A stretch of 30,626 bases of DNA from a virus (IMGVR_UViG_3300032303_000924:1-30626); one strand, 5' to 3'. Shown: positions 1 through 8,260, counted from the stretch's first letter. Translations and numbers: made by a program. Notes: generated by a model not told the origin, from the sequence alone.

Positions 1-123
1 GAAAACTGAATGTTATAGATTCCTGTATTTGCCAATGTTACTCTTGTAGGATTCGAGCTGCCATCATTTACAACGGTTACACCATTCGATAAATCAGTAG
101 TATTGAATTTTACTGCATAGGCA
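1..123. repeat. Terminal direct repeat copy 1 (identical to 30504-30626); circular-assembly overlap
   Basis: gaaaactgaatg...actgcataggca is identical at both ends, and a reading frame runs uninterrupted across the junction. Confidence 0.95.
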
Positions 124-1727
124 GTATTTATGCTGGCCGCTGTTTGTGATGTAGTGTCTTGAAACGCCCCGTAATAACCTGTTGGTGTTGGCGTTGCGGT
201 ATTATTCAACACACCCGCACCCGTGAGCGTTAGGCCCGAACCAATAGTAATTTGTTCCATTATACCCGTTCCCGCCGTATAACGTCCCACGAGCTTATTG
301 GTGTCCATTGCCGTTGTAATGGTTCCGCTAATCGTAATTGGGCCGCCTGAAATTAAACCCGTGGTGCCAACGCTTATAACGGAACCGGTGCCCACGCTCG
401 GTTTATTTTTAATATAATCGAGCGCCGACGTGTTAGCCTGAGTCCAATCACTTTGGATTTGAGCGGCGGGGATTGTCGGTTTATTTTTAATATAATCCAA
501 CGCCGCGTTATTTGCTTGCGTCCAATCCGATTGAATTTGAGCCGCTGGGATAGTGGGTTTATTTCCGAGGTCTAAATAGTCACCCGAATAAGCCACGGCA
601 GCGAGTTGGTAATTAATCCATTCTCCCGCCGTATCATCCCAATAAAGAACGTCACCCGGATTCGGTGAAACGTTAACGTCGCTCAGTTTTTCAAGTGAAA
701 ACGAAAGCGCAGTAACTATCCATTGACTGCCATTCCATTCGATTATATCGCCAACGGCTGAACCGTGTCCAATTAAATCTTCGATTGTTTTGGGGATAAC
801 CGGTTTATTACTGAGGTCGTCGTATTTACCCGAGTAAGCAACCGACGCGAGTAAATACGGAATCCATTTTGTCCCGTCGTAATATAAAACTTTTTGGAGG
901 GATTGCCCCGCTGTGTCGACGTCGTTAAGGTCGTTTAATACACTCGGAATGGTTGGCAGGTTATCGAGGTCGGTATAATTATTTGAGAAAGCAACAGCCC
1001 CCAAGTCGGCGGTGTTGGCTTTTAAACCTAACGCGGTGGCGAGGTCGGTTTGGTTCGTTAACGTGCCGCCAATATCGCCCCAATTAATCGTTTGAATGCC
1101 TCCGGTGGCATCTATTCGGACTTGGCCGTTGCCGAGGTCGGTTATCGTGGTATTCGTGCCGTCGATTAAATTTAAAATATCTTGGCTAATATTGTCAACG
1201 CCATTAACGCGCAGCACCAAACCAATACCAACCCCCGAACCTCCCGAGCCCGTGCCACCAACCGACCAATCGGCGGGTATATCGCAAGCGCTCCAATCCC
1301 ACGGAACCGAAAGCGTGAGCTCGAGTTTTACGCCTGTGAGCGTGTGGGTAAATTCCTGAATCAACGGCTCAATTGATGGACTCCCATCGAGCTCTACCGT
1401 AGGCCCGAAAACCACCAACCCATTTTGGATTTCCGCCAGTAAGTCCTCAGCCAATCGGATGCAATCGCTCAGGCTCTCGCGCTGGTATTCGGTGGGCGTT
1501 TCTTTGTCGCGTGGGAGATCGGCAAATATGACCGCGAATGAATATAACCGAGAGCCACCACGCGGCTCGATGCTCACGGGGAAAACGTGCATCCATGGGT
1601 AGCCATTGTCCTTTTCGATGTCTGTTACATCAAGCTCGCCGTGAGTGAATCGCTCAATGAGATAGTGGCCCGAGGCGAAAGCCTTAAACCTTTCAATTAT
1701 TACGTTGTAGCTTATTTGAGTTATCAT
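1..1727 (-). CDS. 5' part of a ~1013-aa virion protein (tail-completion/terminator-like N-terminal domain fused to a fibre); continues across the junction to the stop at 29189
   Basis: Manual translation: ATG at 1727 (MITQISYNVIIERFKAFASGHYLIERFTHGELD...), no stop down to base 1, in frame with ORF 29189..30538. Fibre-type repeats VAYSGxYxDLxNKP and AAQIQSDWTQANxxALDYIKNKP x2. Missing from the ORF track because it runs off the window edge. Confidence 0.9.
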   Translation of the reverse strand, partial: MITQISYNVIIERFKAFASGHYLIERFTHGELDVTDIEKDNGYPWMHVFPVSIEPRGGSRLYSFAVIFADLPRDKETPTEYQRESLSDCIRLAEDLLAEIQNGLVVFGPTVELDGSPSIEPLIQEFTHTLTGVKLELTLSVPWDWSACDIPADWSVGGTGSGGSGVGIGLVLRVNGVDNISQDILNLIDGTNTTITDLGNGQVRIDATGGIQTINWGDIGGTLTNQTDLATALGLKANTADLGAVAFSNNYTDLDNLPTIPSVLNDLNDVDTAGQSLQKVLYYDGTKWIPYLLASVAYSGKYDDLSNKPVIPKTIEDLIGHGSAVGDIIEWNGSQWIVTALSFSLEKLSDVNVSPNPGDVLYWDDTAGEWINYQLAAVAYSGDYLDLGNKPTIPAAQIQSDWTQANNAALDYIKNKPTIPAAQIQSDWTQANTSALDYIKNKPSVGTGSVISVGTTGLISGGPITISGTITTAMDTNKLVGRYTAGTGIMEQITIGSGLTLTGAGVLNNTATPTPTGYYGAFQDTTSQTAASINTAYAVKFNTTDLSNGVTVVNDGSSNPTRVTLANTGIYNIQF

Positions 1728-1994
1728 CGTTTATACGCTTGTTTCATTATTCGCGCCTGTTCGCTTTGATAATCTCTGAGGTAACTCAGATGGGTAAAAA
1801 TCGAAAAGGCTGGTTTATCTAAAATCGTTTCGTGTTTCGTTATATCATTCTCGGCTATCGACTCGAGGACGTGGTACCACCCCCAGCGCGCGAGTCCGCT
1901 TGGGGTAAAATCGCTTTCATCTCCTTCGCTAACATCGCGTCTAAAGAGTCCAAAGAATTGTTCACTAACTCGGCTCCGATACTTGAAAAAAAAA
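1724..1994 (-). CDS. Tail assembly chaperone T segment, reached by -1 frameshift (GT fusion 2481->1724, ~252 aa)
   Basis: The -1 frame after the T9 run reads FKYRSRVSEQFFGLFRRDVSEGDESDFTPSGLARWGWYHVLESIAENDITKHETILDKPAFSIFTHLSYLRDYQSEQARIMKQAYKR*. Its TGA overlaps the next ATG (ATGA at 1727-1724). Confidence 0.8.
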
Positions 1995-2481
1995 GCAACG
2001 CGCCGTTCACCTTGTCGAGAGTTAGCCCCAAAATCTCGGGCATATAACCCGCCGTTTTATCGAGATCGTATTTCTCGAGGTTGTAATAGTCCCCAACTTG
2101 CTCTTTGATCGGTCGAAACATCACGGCCATAAGTTGAGGCAGCTCTTTATAATTCGGTTCGTCAGAGTTAGGCCAAATGCTTTGGGCGAGTTGATCCAAG
2201 TCGACGTGTTCGCGAAATGTGATTCCATTTATGTCGGGTAAAAACGCGAGGCGCTTCCCGTTAATCGTTACAATCCGCTCGAAGTTATCGCCAGCCGCAT
2301 TAATAACCTCATCGAATAACTCAATAATCGTTTGCGCGGTTTCGACCTTGAGGCCCTCGCAGTATTCACGGTTCTTATTTATGATCACCATCACTTTTTC
2401 GATGTCATCAGCTGCCGAGTGGTAATCCATAAATTGGCGAAGCGTCACTTGGGAGGCGTTGCCCGGTATCTTTAACTTCAT
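1855..2481 (-). CDS. Tail assembly chaperone G
   Basis: 208-aa ORF containing CTT TTT TTT TCA (LFFS) slippery run, with an open -1 frame downstream; start overlaps the TerS stop (ATGA). Confidence 0.75.
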   Translation of the reverse strand: MKLKIPGNASQVTLRQFMDYHSAADDIEKVMVIINKNREYCEGLKVETAQTIIELFDEVINAAGDNFERIVTINGKRLAFLPDINGITFREHVDLDQLAQSIWPNSDEPNYKELPQLMAVMFRPIKEQVGDYYNLEKYDLDKTAGYMPEILGLTLDKVNGALLFFSSIGAELVNNSLDSLDAMLAKEMKAILPQADSRAGGGTTSSSR

Positions 2482-2813
2482 AGGTTCGCGCTTATGGTTA
2501 TCACTGGTTGGTTATCCGCTCCCGTAATTTCTTGGCGCTCGATATAACCTCTACTTTTTGCCTGCGTTTTTAAAAAAAATATAGTTGCGGCAACGTTGCC
2601 CTCACTTATTTGTTTATGTAACTGAGCCTCGGCAAAATCAATAGTTATATTTTTAATATTTTCGACTTCAATTTTATAATTTGAATCGGTTTTTAACCAT
2701 TCATAATGCGTGCATGAATTAATACCTACCATTCGCGCGGCGGTTGTAACAATGCCTAAAGACTTTTCAAGGGCCTCAATCATTGCTTTTTTACGTGTTG
2801 GATTCTGTTGCAT
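2478..2813 (-). CDS. terS: Terminase small subunit-like HTH protein
   Basis: KKAMIEALEKSLGIVTTAARMVGI..THYEWL HTH, then helical DFAEAQLHKQI..GNVAATIFFLKT..RGY.ERQEI pattern typical of putative TerS in Bacteroidota phages. Confidence 0.7.
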   Translation of the reverse strand: MQQNPTRKKAMIEALEKSLGIVTTAARMVGINSCTHYEWLKTDSNYKIEVENIKNITIDFAEAQLHKQISEGNVAATIFFLKTQAKSRGYIERQEITGADNQPVITISANL

Positions 2814-2816
2814 ATT

Positions 2817-3551
2817 TTAAAAATCTAACTCAATAGCGTATGTATTATTAACGCGCTTAACCTTTCTAATTAGGTTCGGATATTTAGCTATTAATCGGTT
2901 AATGCATTCAGTTTCAACTGCGTGAGTTCGATAATCTTTACAACCTCCATCGGTAACCCAGTGCTCACATTCAAAATGAATATAACGGCTACAAACAATA
3001 CCGCCTAATTCGGCAACGTGGCGTAAACATAACTCGTAATCTTCTTTTACCTTAAACGATTCATCAAAATAATAACTTCCATCATTTATAATCCCTATAG
3101 CTGAACCCAACACATAGCTTTGAAACAAAAACGGTTTATATCCATAATAACCTTGGGCCGCTGAGGTAGTAGAAACGCCCCATATTCTATACCCTAAATC
3201 TTCAGTTAAACAAGCTAACTTCAACATTTCATTTAACCAAATTGCTTCATCGTAAATAGTTTCATATCTAACGTTATCATTATTCAATTTAACATAACCA
3301 GCCACCTTGCAATCATCGTCAAACATCATAACATAATATTGGCCGCAGTTTTTTAATATCCAATTTCTTGTGGCCGTTATTCCTTTTACCTCATTTGGAA
3401 CGCCAACGACTATATTTTTATAATATCGCCGATAATCCTCAACTTCATTTTGAGGAACGTAAATTGTAGCGCCGGGAAACATCAAAACGGTTTTTAACTT
3501 TTGCCCAGCCCTCCCCTTACTTGGAATTGCGAAATGTATTAATGAACTCAT
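2817..3551 (-). CDS. TET-associated/GREB1-like (TAGT) GT-A glycosyltransferase, putative DNA-base modification enzyme
   Basis: IPSKGRA N-terminus, GI..TRNWIL, DxD motif (MFDDD), KEDYELCL and C-terminal GGC motifs. Confidence 0.75.
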   Translation of the reverse strand: MSSLIHFAIPSKGRAGQKLKTVLMFPGATIYVPQNEVEDYRRYYKNIVVGVPNEVKGITATRNWILKNCGQYYVMMFDDDCKVAGYVKLNNDNVRYETIYDEAIWLNEMLKLACLTEDLGYRIWGVSTTSAAQGYYGYKPFLFQSYVLGSAIGIINDGSYYFDESFKVKEDYELCLRHVAELGGIVCSRYIHFECEHWVTDGGCKDYRTHAVETECINRLIAKYPNLIRKVKRVNNTYAIELDF

Positions 3552-4158
3552 TTGCTAAAATTACGCGATTTATACCTTTATGAACTTCGTACGGGCTTCC
3601 CTCTTTACAACCACCGCGACGAACCAATTTTAATTGTAAGATTTGTTTTAATTCCTCCCACTCTTCATTTTCAGAATTGCACATAATTACAACATATTCC
3701 CTTTTTGGAACTAACTGAACGGCCTGATCTAAAACAATTTCGGCGCCGTTATCCATTTCGGAAACATCAATATTTTCAACTTTTAAATCAGGTAAATCCA
3801 ATCCCCAATTATTCAATTGAGTAACGTCCCATTCATTCGCTAGAATATCCCAATCCCACTCTCCAAATCCAACATTGTCTTTTATAATGAATTCGCGTTG
3901 TTGATCCTCAGATAAATCGCTGGCATAAATTACTGGAACTTCTTTTAGCCCGGCTTCTTTGCAAGCCTTCAAACGCATATTTCCCCCCAAAACCACGCCA
4001 TCGGCATTACAAACTATTGGCCTAAGCTCTAGCATTTTCGGGAACTCCTTTATTGAGATAACAAGTTTTTTAAACTTGTCATCTTTAATAATTCTAGGAT
4101 TATTTGGATTCGATTTTATTTCGCCTATTGGCTTTAATTGAACTTTATTATTTATCAT
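3517..4158 (-). CDS. ParB/Sulfiredoxin N-terminal domain protein (likely ATG start at 4158)
   Basis: NPNNPRII...LRPIV...VLGGNMRLKAC...EFIIKDN..FGEWDWD.LAN is the phage ParB-N type that usually accompanies DNA-modification genes next to terminase. No HTH. Confidence 0.85.
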   Translation of the reverse strand: MINNKVQLKPIGEIKSNPNNPRIIKDDKFKKLVISIKEFPKMLELRPIVCNADGVVLGGNMRLKACKEAGLKEVPVIYASDLSEDQQREFIIKDNVGFGEWDWDILANEWDVTQLNNWGLDLPDLKVENIDVSEMDNGAEIVLDQAVQLVPKREYVVIMCNSENEEWEELKQILQLKLVRRGGCKEGSPYEVHKGINRVILANEFINTFRNSK

Positions 4159-4255
4159 CTTTTTTAATTTGTTGGTACACGTCAACGCTAGCGATAAACA
4201 TAAAGCTCGCCACCGCGACCAGAGTTATATAACCAATCATTGTAAAATCATCCAT
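4148..4255 (-). CDS. 35-aa single-TM peptide
   Basis: MDDFTMIGYITLVAVASFMFIASVDVYQQIKKDDK*; its 3' end overlaps the ParB start. Confidence 0.5.
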   Translation of the reverse strand: MDDFTMIGYITLVAVASFMFIASVDVYQQIKKDDK

Positions 4256-4333
4256 TGTTAATATCGTGTTTCTCCTTATTTCACTGGTGTTTCATCGGTG
4301 ACCAAATCGCATTTATCGGCTAGTTACTAACAA

Positions 4334-4480
4334 TTATTTAGTGCTTTCGCTCCATTGTGTTTGGCAAACAGCAAAGCGCTGGGGCGCTTCCGGGTATTCG
4401 GTAAGCATCTTAGACGCGGCCATACAACGAGCGATGAACTCGGGCTTACTTTCGTTTGCGTTCTTTGTTGGTAGGGGCAT
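4334..4480 (-). CDS. 48-aa conserved-type small phage protein
   Basis: MPLPTKNANESKPEFIARCMAASKMLTEYPEAPQRFAVCQTQWSESTK*; the MPLP..E...FI.RCM...EYP...QR.AVC...W pattern recurs in phage late regions. Below the ORF-track cutoff. Confidence 0.75.
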   Translation of the reverse strand: MPLPTKNANESKPEFIARCMAASKMLTEYPEAPQRFAVCQTQWSESTK

Positions 4481-4598
4481 TTGGTTTCTTTTTAGTGTTT
4501 ATTATTCTGAATGGCTCGGCAATCTCTCGCATCTTATCCCCAAAACGAACAGCCACGCTATGCGCTAAATAGTACGCCTTTAGTATTAGTCTTCTCAT
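4446..4598 (-). CDS. Possible 50-aa basic hypothetical protein
   Basis: MRRLILKAYYLAHSVAVRFGDKMREIAEPFRIINTKKKPNAPTNKERKRK* fills the gap and overlaps both neighbours. Confidence 0.3.
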   Translation of the reverse strand: MRRLILKAYYLAHSVAVRFGDKMREIAEPFRIINTKKKPNAPTNKERKRK

Positions 4599-4887
4599 TT
4601 ATTTTGGTTATTTGTTCAGAGTTGTTGTCGTAATGCGTCCCAATCCGGTACTGAGCCATGACGTGCCATTTATCGCGGTGATTTGTGAAAATAACGCGCT
4701 CGTGTTTAATCCCCAAATCGTCGGCGGTTTTAAAAACGCTTTCGCTTTGGTTACGCATTCTCGCCGTTATAATGTACACGGTGGCGCCGCCCTCAATTAA
4801 GAGTTTGGCCAGCTTGCGACCGCGTGGCGTGCTGAGTACTCCATCGTAATCAAAACTAATGCGAGAGGCGAGTAATTTTAAGCGCAT
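4558..4887 (-). CDS. Small capless HAD-superfamily phosphatase-like protein
   Basis: Motif I SFDYDGVL, motif II IITAR, a conserved K (RDK), motif IV HYDNN. Confidence 0.7.
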   Translation of the reverse strand: MRLKLLASRISFDYDGVLSTPRGRKLAKLLIEGGATVYIITARMRNQSESVFKTADDLGIKHERVIFTNHRDKWHVMAQYRIGTHYDNNSEQITKINEKTNTKGVLFSA

Positions 4888-4907
4888 ACACTATTAACGG
4901 CAAAAGG

Positions 4908-5384
4908 TTAAACATTTTCCCCCGAATCGTCCCATGTTCCAACGTTTACGGTTTCTTTTAGATATTCGATAACCATTCGCGCTTTACAACTTGAGCACCC
5001 GTAGCGTTGGCCTGTTATCTTGGTGAACCATTCGGAGGCGGCTTTAATGATTTCCACGGTATAAACGCCCTGAGTTGGTAACCCCGAAACGAATTCGCGT
5101 AAAGCCTCGGCCTCGGTTTCATTTAGGCGATAGCGGCCCCACTTGTTTATTGGGCACCTAAATAACGAGTATTTGGTTTTGACAGGCATAAAGCATCCAC
5201 ATAAACGGAGTTTTTTCCGATAGTGAGTAATCTCATTTAATACCTCAGCCTCGGCCAAATCCTCAGGGCTCAATTTATCCCCCAAAACGAGGGTACCACA
5301 CGATTGGGTTTCAGCCTTAAAGTGTTTACAGGCTTTACAAATATTAAATCGCTCAATTGCGACCGCTGGGGGTACTTTGAACAT
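4908..5384 (-). CDS. Cys-rich putative zinc-binding protein
   Basis: RFNICKACKH...CG...LCGCFMPVK...CPINKW and a C-terminal CSSC. Confidence 0.65.
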   Translation of the reverse strand: MFKVPPAVAIERFNICKACKHFKAETQSCGTLVLGDKLSPEDLAEAEVLNEITHYRKKLRLCGCFMPVKTKYSLFRCPINKWGRYRLNETEAEALREFVSGLPTQGVYTVEIIKAASEWFTKITGQRYGCSSCKARMVIEYLKETVNVGTWDDSGENV

Positions 5385-5883
5385 TGCGTTTTATTTTGTT
5401 TATAGCGTTTTCGACTAATTTATAAAGTGTTTTTATTGGGATTCCGGTCGCTTTGCTCGCCTCTTTATAGCTGAAATCGTCGAGAATATATAACCTCAAA
5501 ACCACGGCGTCGAGCTGAGGCATTAAGTTAATGTATGCGTCGATATACTCGTTATCTAATCGACTCCCGAGCCACGGGGCGTTAGGTTCATCCAAATGCT
5601 TTTCTGAGAATTCAGACCAACCCCGAGAGAACTTTCCGTATTTTACCCCAAAACGTGAGGTGGGGTCGATAGCCATAAGATAAAGCGAGCGATCAACGTA
5701 ATAACTCAATTTGCCCTCAGCCGCGAGAGCCTCGGCCTTATCGCGTTGGTTCTCTAAAATCTTTAAAAGCGTTTCGGCGAGTAGGTCATCCCCTTTAGCT
5801 CGGTCGCGCATAAGCCCCCGGGCTAACTTGGTCCAGCGTGGGTAATTGGCGGCGAGTTCGGTGTCCAACTTATTTTTTTCCAC
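5353..5883 (-). CDS. ECF-like RNA polymerase sigma factor (probable late sigma; start uncertain, GTG 5883 or TTG 5925)
   Basis: Region-2-like GDDLLAETLLKIL and region-4 HTH VLRLYILDDFSYKEASKATGIPIKTLYKLVENAINKIK. Confidence 0.75.
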   Translation of the reverse strand: MEKNKLDTELAANYPRWTKLARGLMRDRAKGDDLLAETLLKILENQRDKAEALAAEGKLSYYVDRSLYLMAIDPTSRFGVKYGKFSRGWSEFSEKHLDEPNAPWLGSRLDNEYIDAYINLMPQLDAVVLRLYILDDFSYKEASKATGIPIKTLYKLVENAINKIKRNVQSTPSGRN

Positions 5884-5885
5884 GA

Positions 5886-5919
5886 TTCGGTAATGTAGCA
5901 AAAAACTAACATATCTTCG
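5886..5919 (+). promoter_or_regulatory. Bacteroidota-type promoter with operator half-site in the divergent intergenic region
   Basis: TATCTTCG (5912-5919) resembles TAnnTTTG. It is preceded by TGTAGCAAAAAACTAACA (5894-5911), whose left half is identical to the 8268-8285 palindrome. Confidence 0.55.
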
Positions 5920-5946
5920 CGACAACCAATATAAACCCCCTACACA

Positions 5947-6222
5947 ATGGAATTAAACCCAATTGTCAACACCGAATCTAAAGAGGTGTTAACTCCCGTG
6001 AACGAATTTATTTCGATTATTCGAAGCCGTTACAACTCAAGCCCCAACTCGTTAGCCGCTGGCGGTTATCGCGAGGTTCTTAAAATGGCTGAACAGTTCG
6101 TTAACGCTGAAATCGCGTTTAGTTCAGCCGCATATACGGCGGGATATGAGCAAGCGATTCAAGATATACGCGAAGCGAAAAACATCGAGCCCCAAAATGA
6201 GGAGGTGACAAATGAGCTCTGA
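5947..6222 (+). CDS. Hypothetical protein
   Basis: 91-aa ORF, first gene after the promoter, overlapping the next ORF. Confidence 0.7.
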   Translation: MELNPIVNTESKEVLTPVNEFISIIRSRYNSSPNSLAAGGYREVLKMAEQFVNAEIAFSSAAYTAGYEQAIQDIREAKNIEPQNEEVTNEL

Positions 6223-6403
6223 AATATTAGACAAATTAATTAACGAGCACTTTGGCACTAAGGCGCTATTTAGTGCCCGAATGAAAGTAAGCCGTCACAC
6301 TTGTTACCGATGGATTAAAGATCCATCGCGAATGACCTTAAACGATTTAAATCGACTGAGCAAAATAACTAAAATCCCAATTTGTGAATTTTATGAGTGC
6401 TGA
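6212..6403 (+). CDS. Small Cro/XRE-like HTH regulator
   Basis: TKALFSARMKVSRHTCYRWIKDPSRMTLNDLNRLSKIT HTH pattern. Confidence 0.7.
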   Translation: MSSEILDKLINEHFGTKALFSARMKVSRHTCYRWIKDPSRMTLNDLNRLSKITKIPICEFYEC

Positions 6404-6887
6404 AACTGACTTCGAAAAACTATTGTTATTGATTCCCCACCGTTACCATTGTGAAGCGCTGAACCTGCTAAATCAATATCTCAGCCCCGAAATGAAGTGG
6501 GAAGCAAATGATTATTTAAAGTTTTATAAAAAAGAACCTGAGGCCCCCGCCGAAATCATTAAAGTAATTTTTCAAATCGTCGGTGAGGTGACCGGAGTGG
6601 AAAACGTTAGAGACACTAAAAGGCGCATTTACAACGAGGTTATGGCGCGACAATTGGCCATGTACGCCATTTATTACGAATTAACGAATTTTGGTTTATC
6701 AATGGTTGGCCAAGCGTTTACACATAAATTTGATCATGCCACGGTTATTAACGCGAAAAAAAGCATCGAGAGCCATTATGCAACAGATGGAGAATTCAGA
6801 CGCATGTTCAACCAAGTTGCCGCGCTTATGGAAAAGCAGGGATTAACGAATTTAAAGGCCCGGATTTCAATTTTAAAAACGTTGTAA
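6393..6887 (+). CDS. Protein with DnaA domain IV-like (Bac_DnaA_C) HTH
   Basis: RR...VMARQLAMY...LSMVGQAF...DHATVINAKKSIE matches the DnaA C-terminal signature (ARQIAMY...IG..F..RDHTTV). No AAA+ domain. Confidence 0.75.
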   Translation: MSAETDFEKLLLLIPHRYHCEALNLLNQYLSPEMKWEANDYLKFYKKEPEAPAEIIKVIFQIVGEVTGVENVRDTKRRIYNEVMARQLAMYAIYYELTNFGLSMVGQAFTHKFDHATVINAKKSIESHYATDGEFRRMFNQVAALMEKQGLTNLKARISILKTL

Positions 6888-8182
6888 TGGTAACCTTTCT
6901 CCCGAAGCAAATCGATTGTTTAAACGCGCTCGGATTAGATAGCGCGGCCGAGGTTGTGTTATTCGGTGGAGCGGCTGGCGGGGCAAAGTCATTCACGGGC
7001 TGCGCGTGGCAAATTCAACGGCGTTTGAAGTATCCCGGAACGAGGGGGCTAATTGGACGATCAAAACTCGATACGCTCAAGAAAACCACGTTAAAGACCT
7101 TTTTTGAAGTAGCGGGGATGTTTGGGCTCAGAGCCAACGAGCATTATACCTATAACGCTCAATCCAACATAATCACATTTTACAACAAATCGGAGATTAT
7201 TTTAAAGGACTTATTCGCCTATCCATCCGATCCCTCATTTGATTCGTTAGGATCGCTCGAAATTACTGATAGTTTTATCGATGAGTGTTCTCAGGTTTCA
7301 AAAAAGGCAATTGACATAGTGCGCTCTCGTATGCGTTATAAGCTCACCCAATACAACTTAACCCCCAAAACGTTGCTAACGTGTAACCCATCGAAGGGTT
7401 GGCTTTATAACGAATTTTTTGCCCCGTTTCGTTCGGGCCATTTGCCGCCACATTTGGTGTTTATACAATCGCGAGTGAGCGATAATCCACACTTACCCAC
7501 CACCTATGCTGAAACTTTGGCTCGGTTGCCTGAGCTTGATCGTAAACGCCTTTTGGAGGGAGATTGGGATTATGACGAAACACTCGACGCGCTATTCACT
7601 ACCGACGATTTACTCCGATGCTTTCGCCCAGCTGAGCAAACGGGAGAGCTTTATATAACGGCCGACGTTGCACGACTGGGAAAAGACAGGACGGTAATAG
7701 CGCTTTGGCGTGGCCTTTCGCTTATTCAGATAATTGAGCTACGAAAAAAGAAAATAGACGAAACGGCCGCCGTTATCCGTGAGCTCGCGGACTTTAATAA
7801 GGTAAAATTGAGCAACGTTATAGCCGACGCCGACGGCTTAGGCGCTGGGCTTGTGGACGTGCTCAAGTGTCGTGAGTTTCGTAATGGATCGCGAGCCACT
7901 AAACCCGAAAGATTTGTTAATCTAAAGGCCGAATGCTTTTTTAAGTTGGCCGAACTCATCGAATTAAACCGCATCGTGTTACCCGTGGCCCATCGTGACG
8001 TTATAATTAAGGAGCTCGATTTGATGCGGCGCAAAAACCCCGACGGGGACGGCAAATTAGCGGTTACCGGGAAAGAGGAGATTGCACGAACCCACGGAAT
8101 GAGCCCCGATTATGCCGACGCGGTGGCGATGCGAATGTTTTTCGAGCTTTTCCCCAACTATGGGCGGTATTCATACGCATAA
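6887..8182 (+). CDS. terL: Terminase large subunit
   Basis: Walker A GGAAGGAKS, Walker B FIDE, LTCNP coupling motif, DNPHL, RNase-H-like nuclease ADVAR.G.D / DADGLG / SPDYADA. Confidence 0.93.
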   Translation: MVTFLPKQIDCLNALGLDSAAEVVLFGGAAGGAKSFTGCAWQIQRRLKYPGTRGLIGRSKLDTLKKTTLKTFFEVAGMFGLRANEHYTYNAQSNIITFYNKSEIILKDLFAYPSDPSFDSLGSLEITDSFIDECSQVSKKAIDIVRSRMRYKLTQYNLTPKTLLTCNPSKGWLYNEFFAPFRSGHLPPHLVFIQSRVSDNPHLPTTYAETLARLPELDRKRLLEGDWDYDETLDALFTTDDLLRCFRPAEQTGELYITADVARLGKDRTVIALWRGLSLIQIIELRKKKIDETAAVIRELADFNKVKLSNVIADADGLGAGLVDVLKCREFRNGSRATKPERFVNLKAECFFKLAELIELNRIVLPVAHRDVIIKELDLMRRKNPDGDGKLAVTGKEEIARTHGMSPDYADAVAMRMFFELFPNYGRYSYA

Positions 8183-8204
8183 TTAAAAAAGTTTATTCAC
8201 AACG

Positions 8205-8227
8205 AAAGCCGCGCTAGTTGCGGTTTT
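8205..8227 (+). terminator. Probable intrinsic terminator after terL
   Basis: AAAGCCGC-gctagtt-GCGGTTTT hairpin with a short U tract. Confidence 0.5.
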
Positions 8228-8260
8228 GAGGCACTTATTGACAATAATCAATAAAATATT

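Noticed and set aside
400-560. Near-duplicate segments in the fibre gene as a DGR template/variable pair or invertible cassette
   Set aside because: Both copies are in-frame protein repeats; no reverse transcriptase or invertase is present.
1096-2425. + strand ORFs here, and similar antisense ORFs across 15003-30326, 7726-8055 and 11179-11848
   Set aside because: Shadow frames of well-supported genes on the other strand, with no motifs of their own.
3517-4158. ParB protein as a plasmid-partition system
   Set aside because: No ParA, no HTH and no parS array; it is the ParB-N type found with modification genes.
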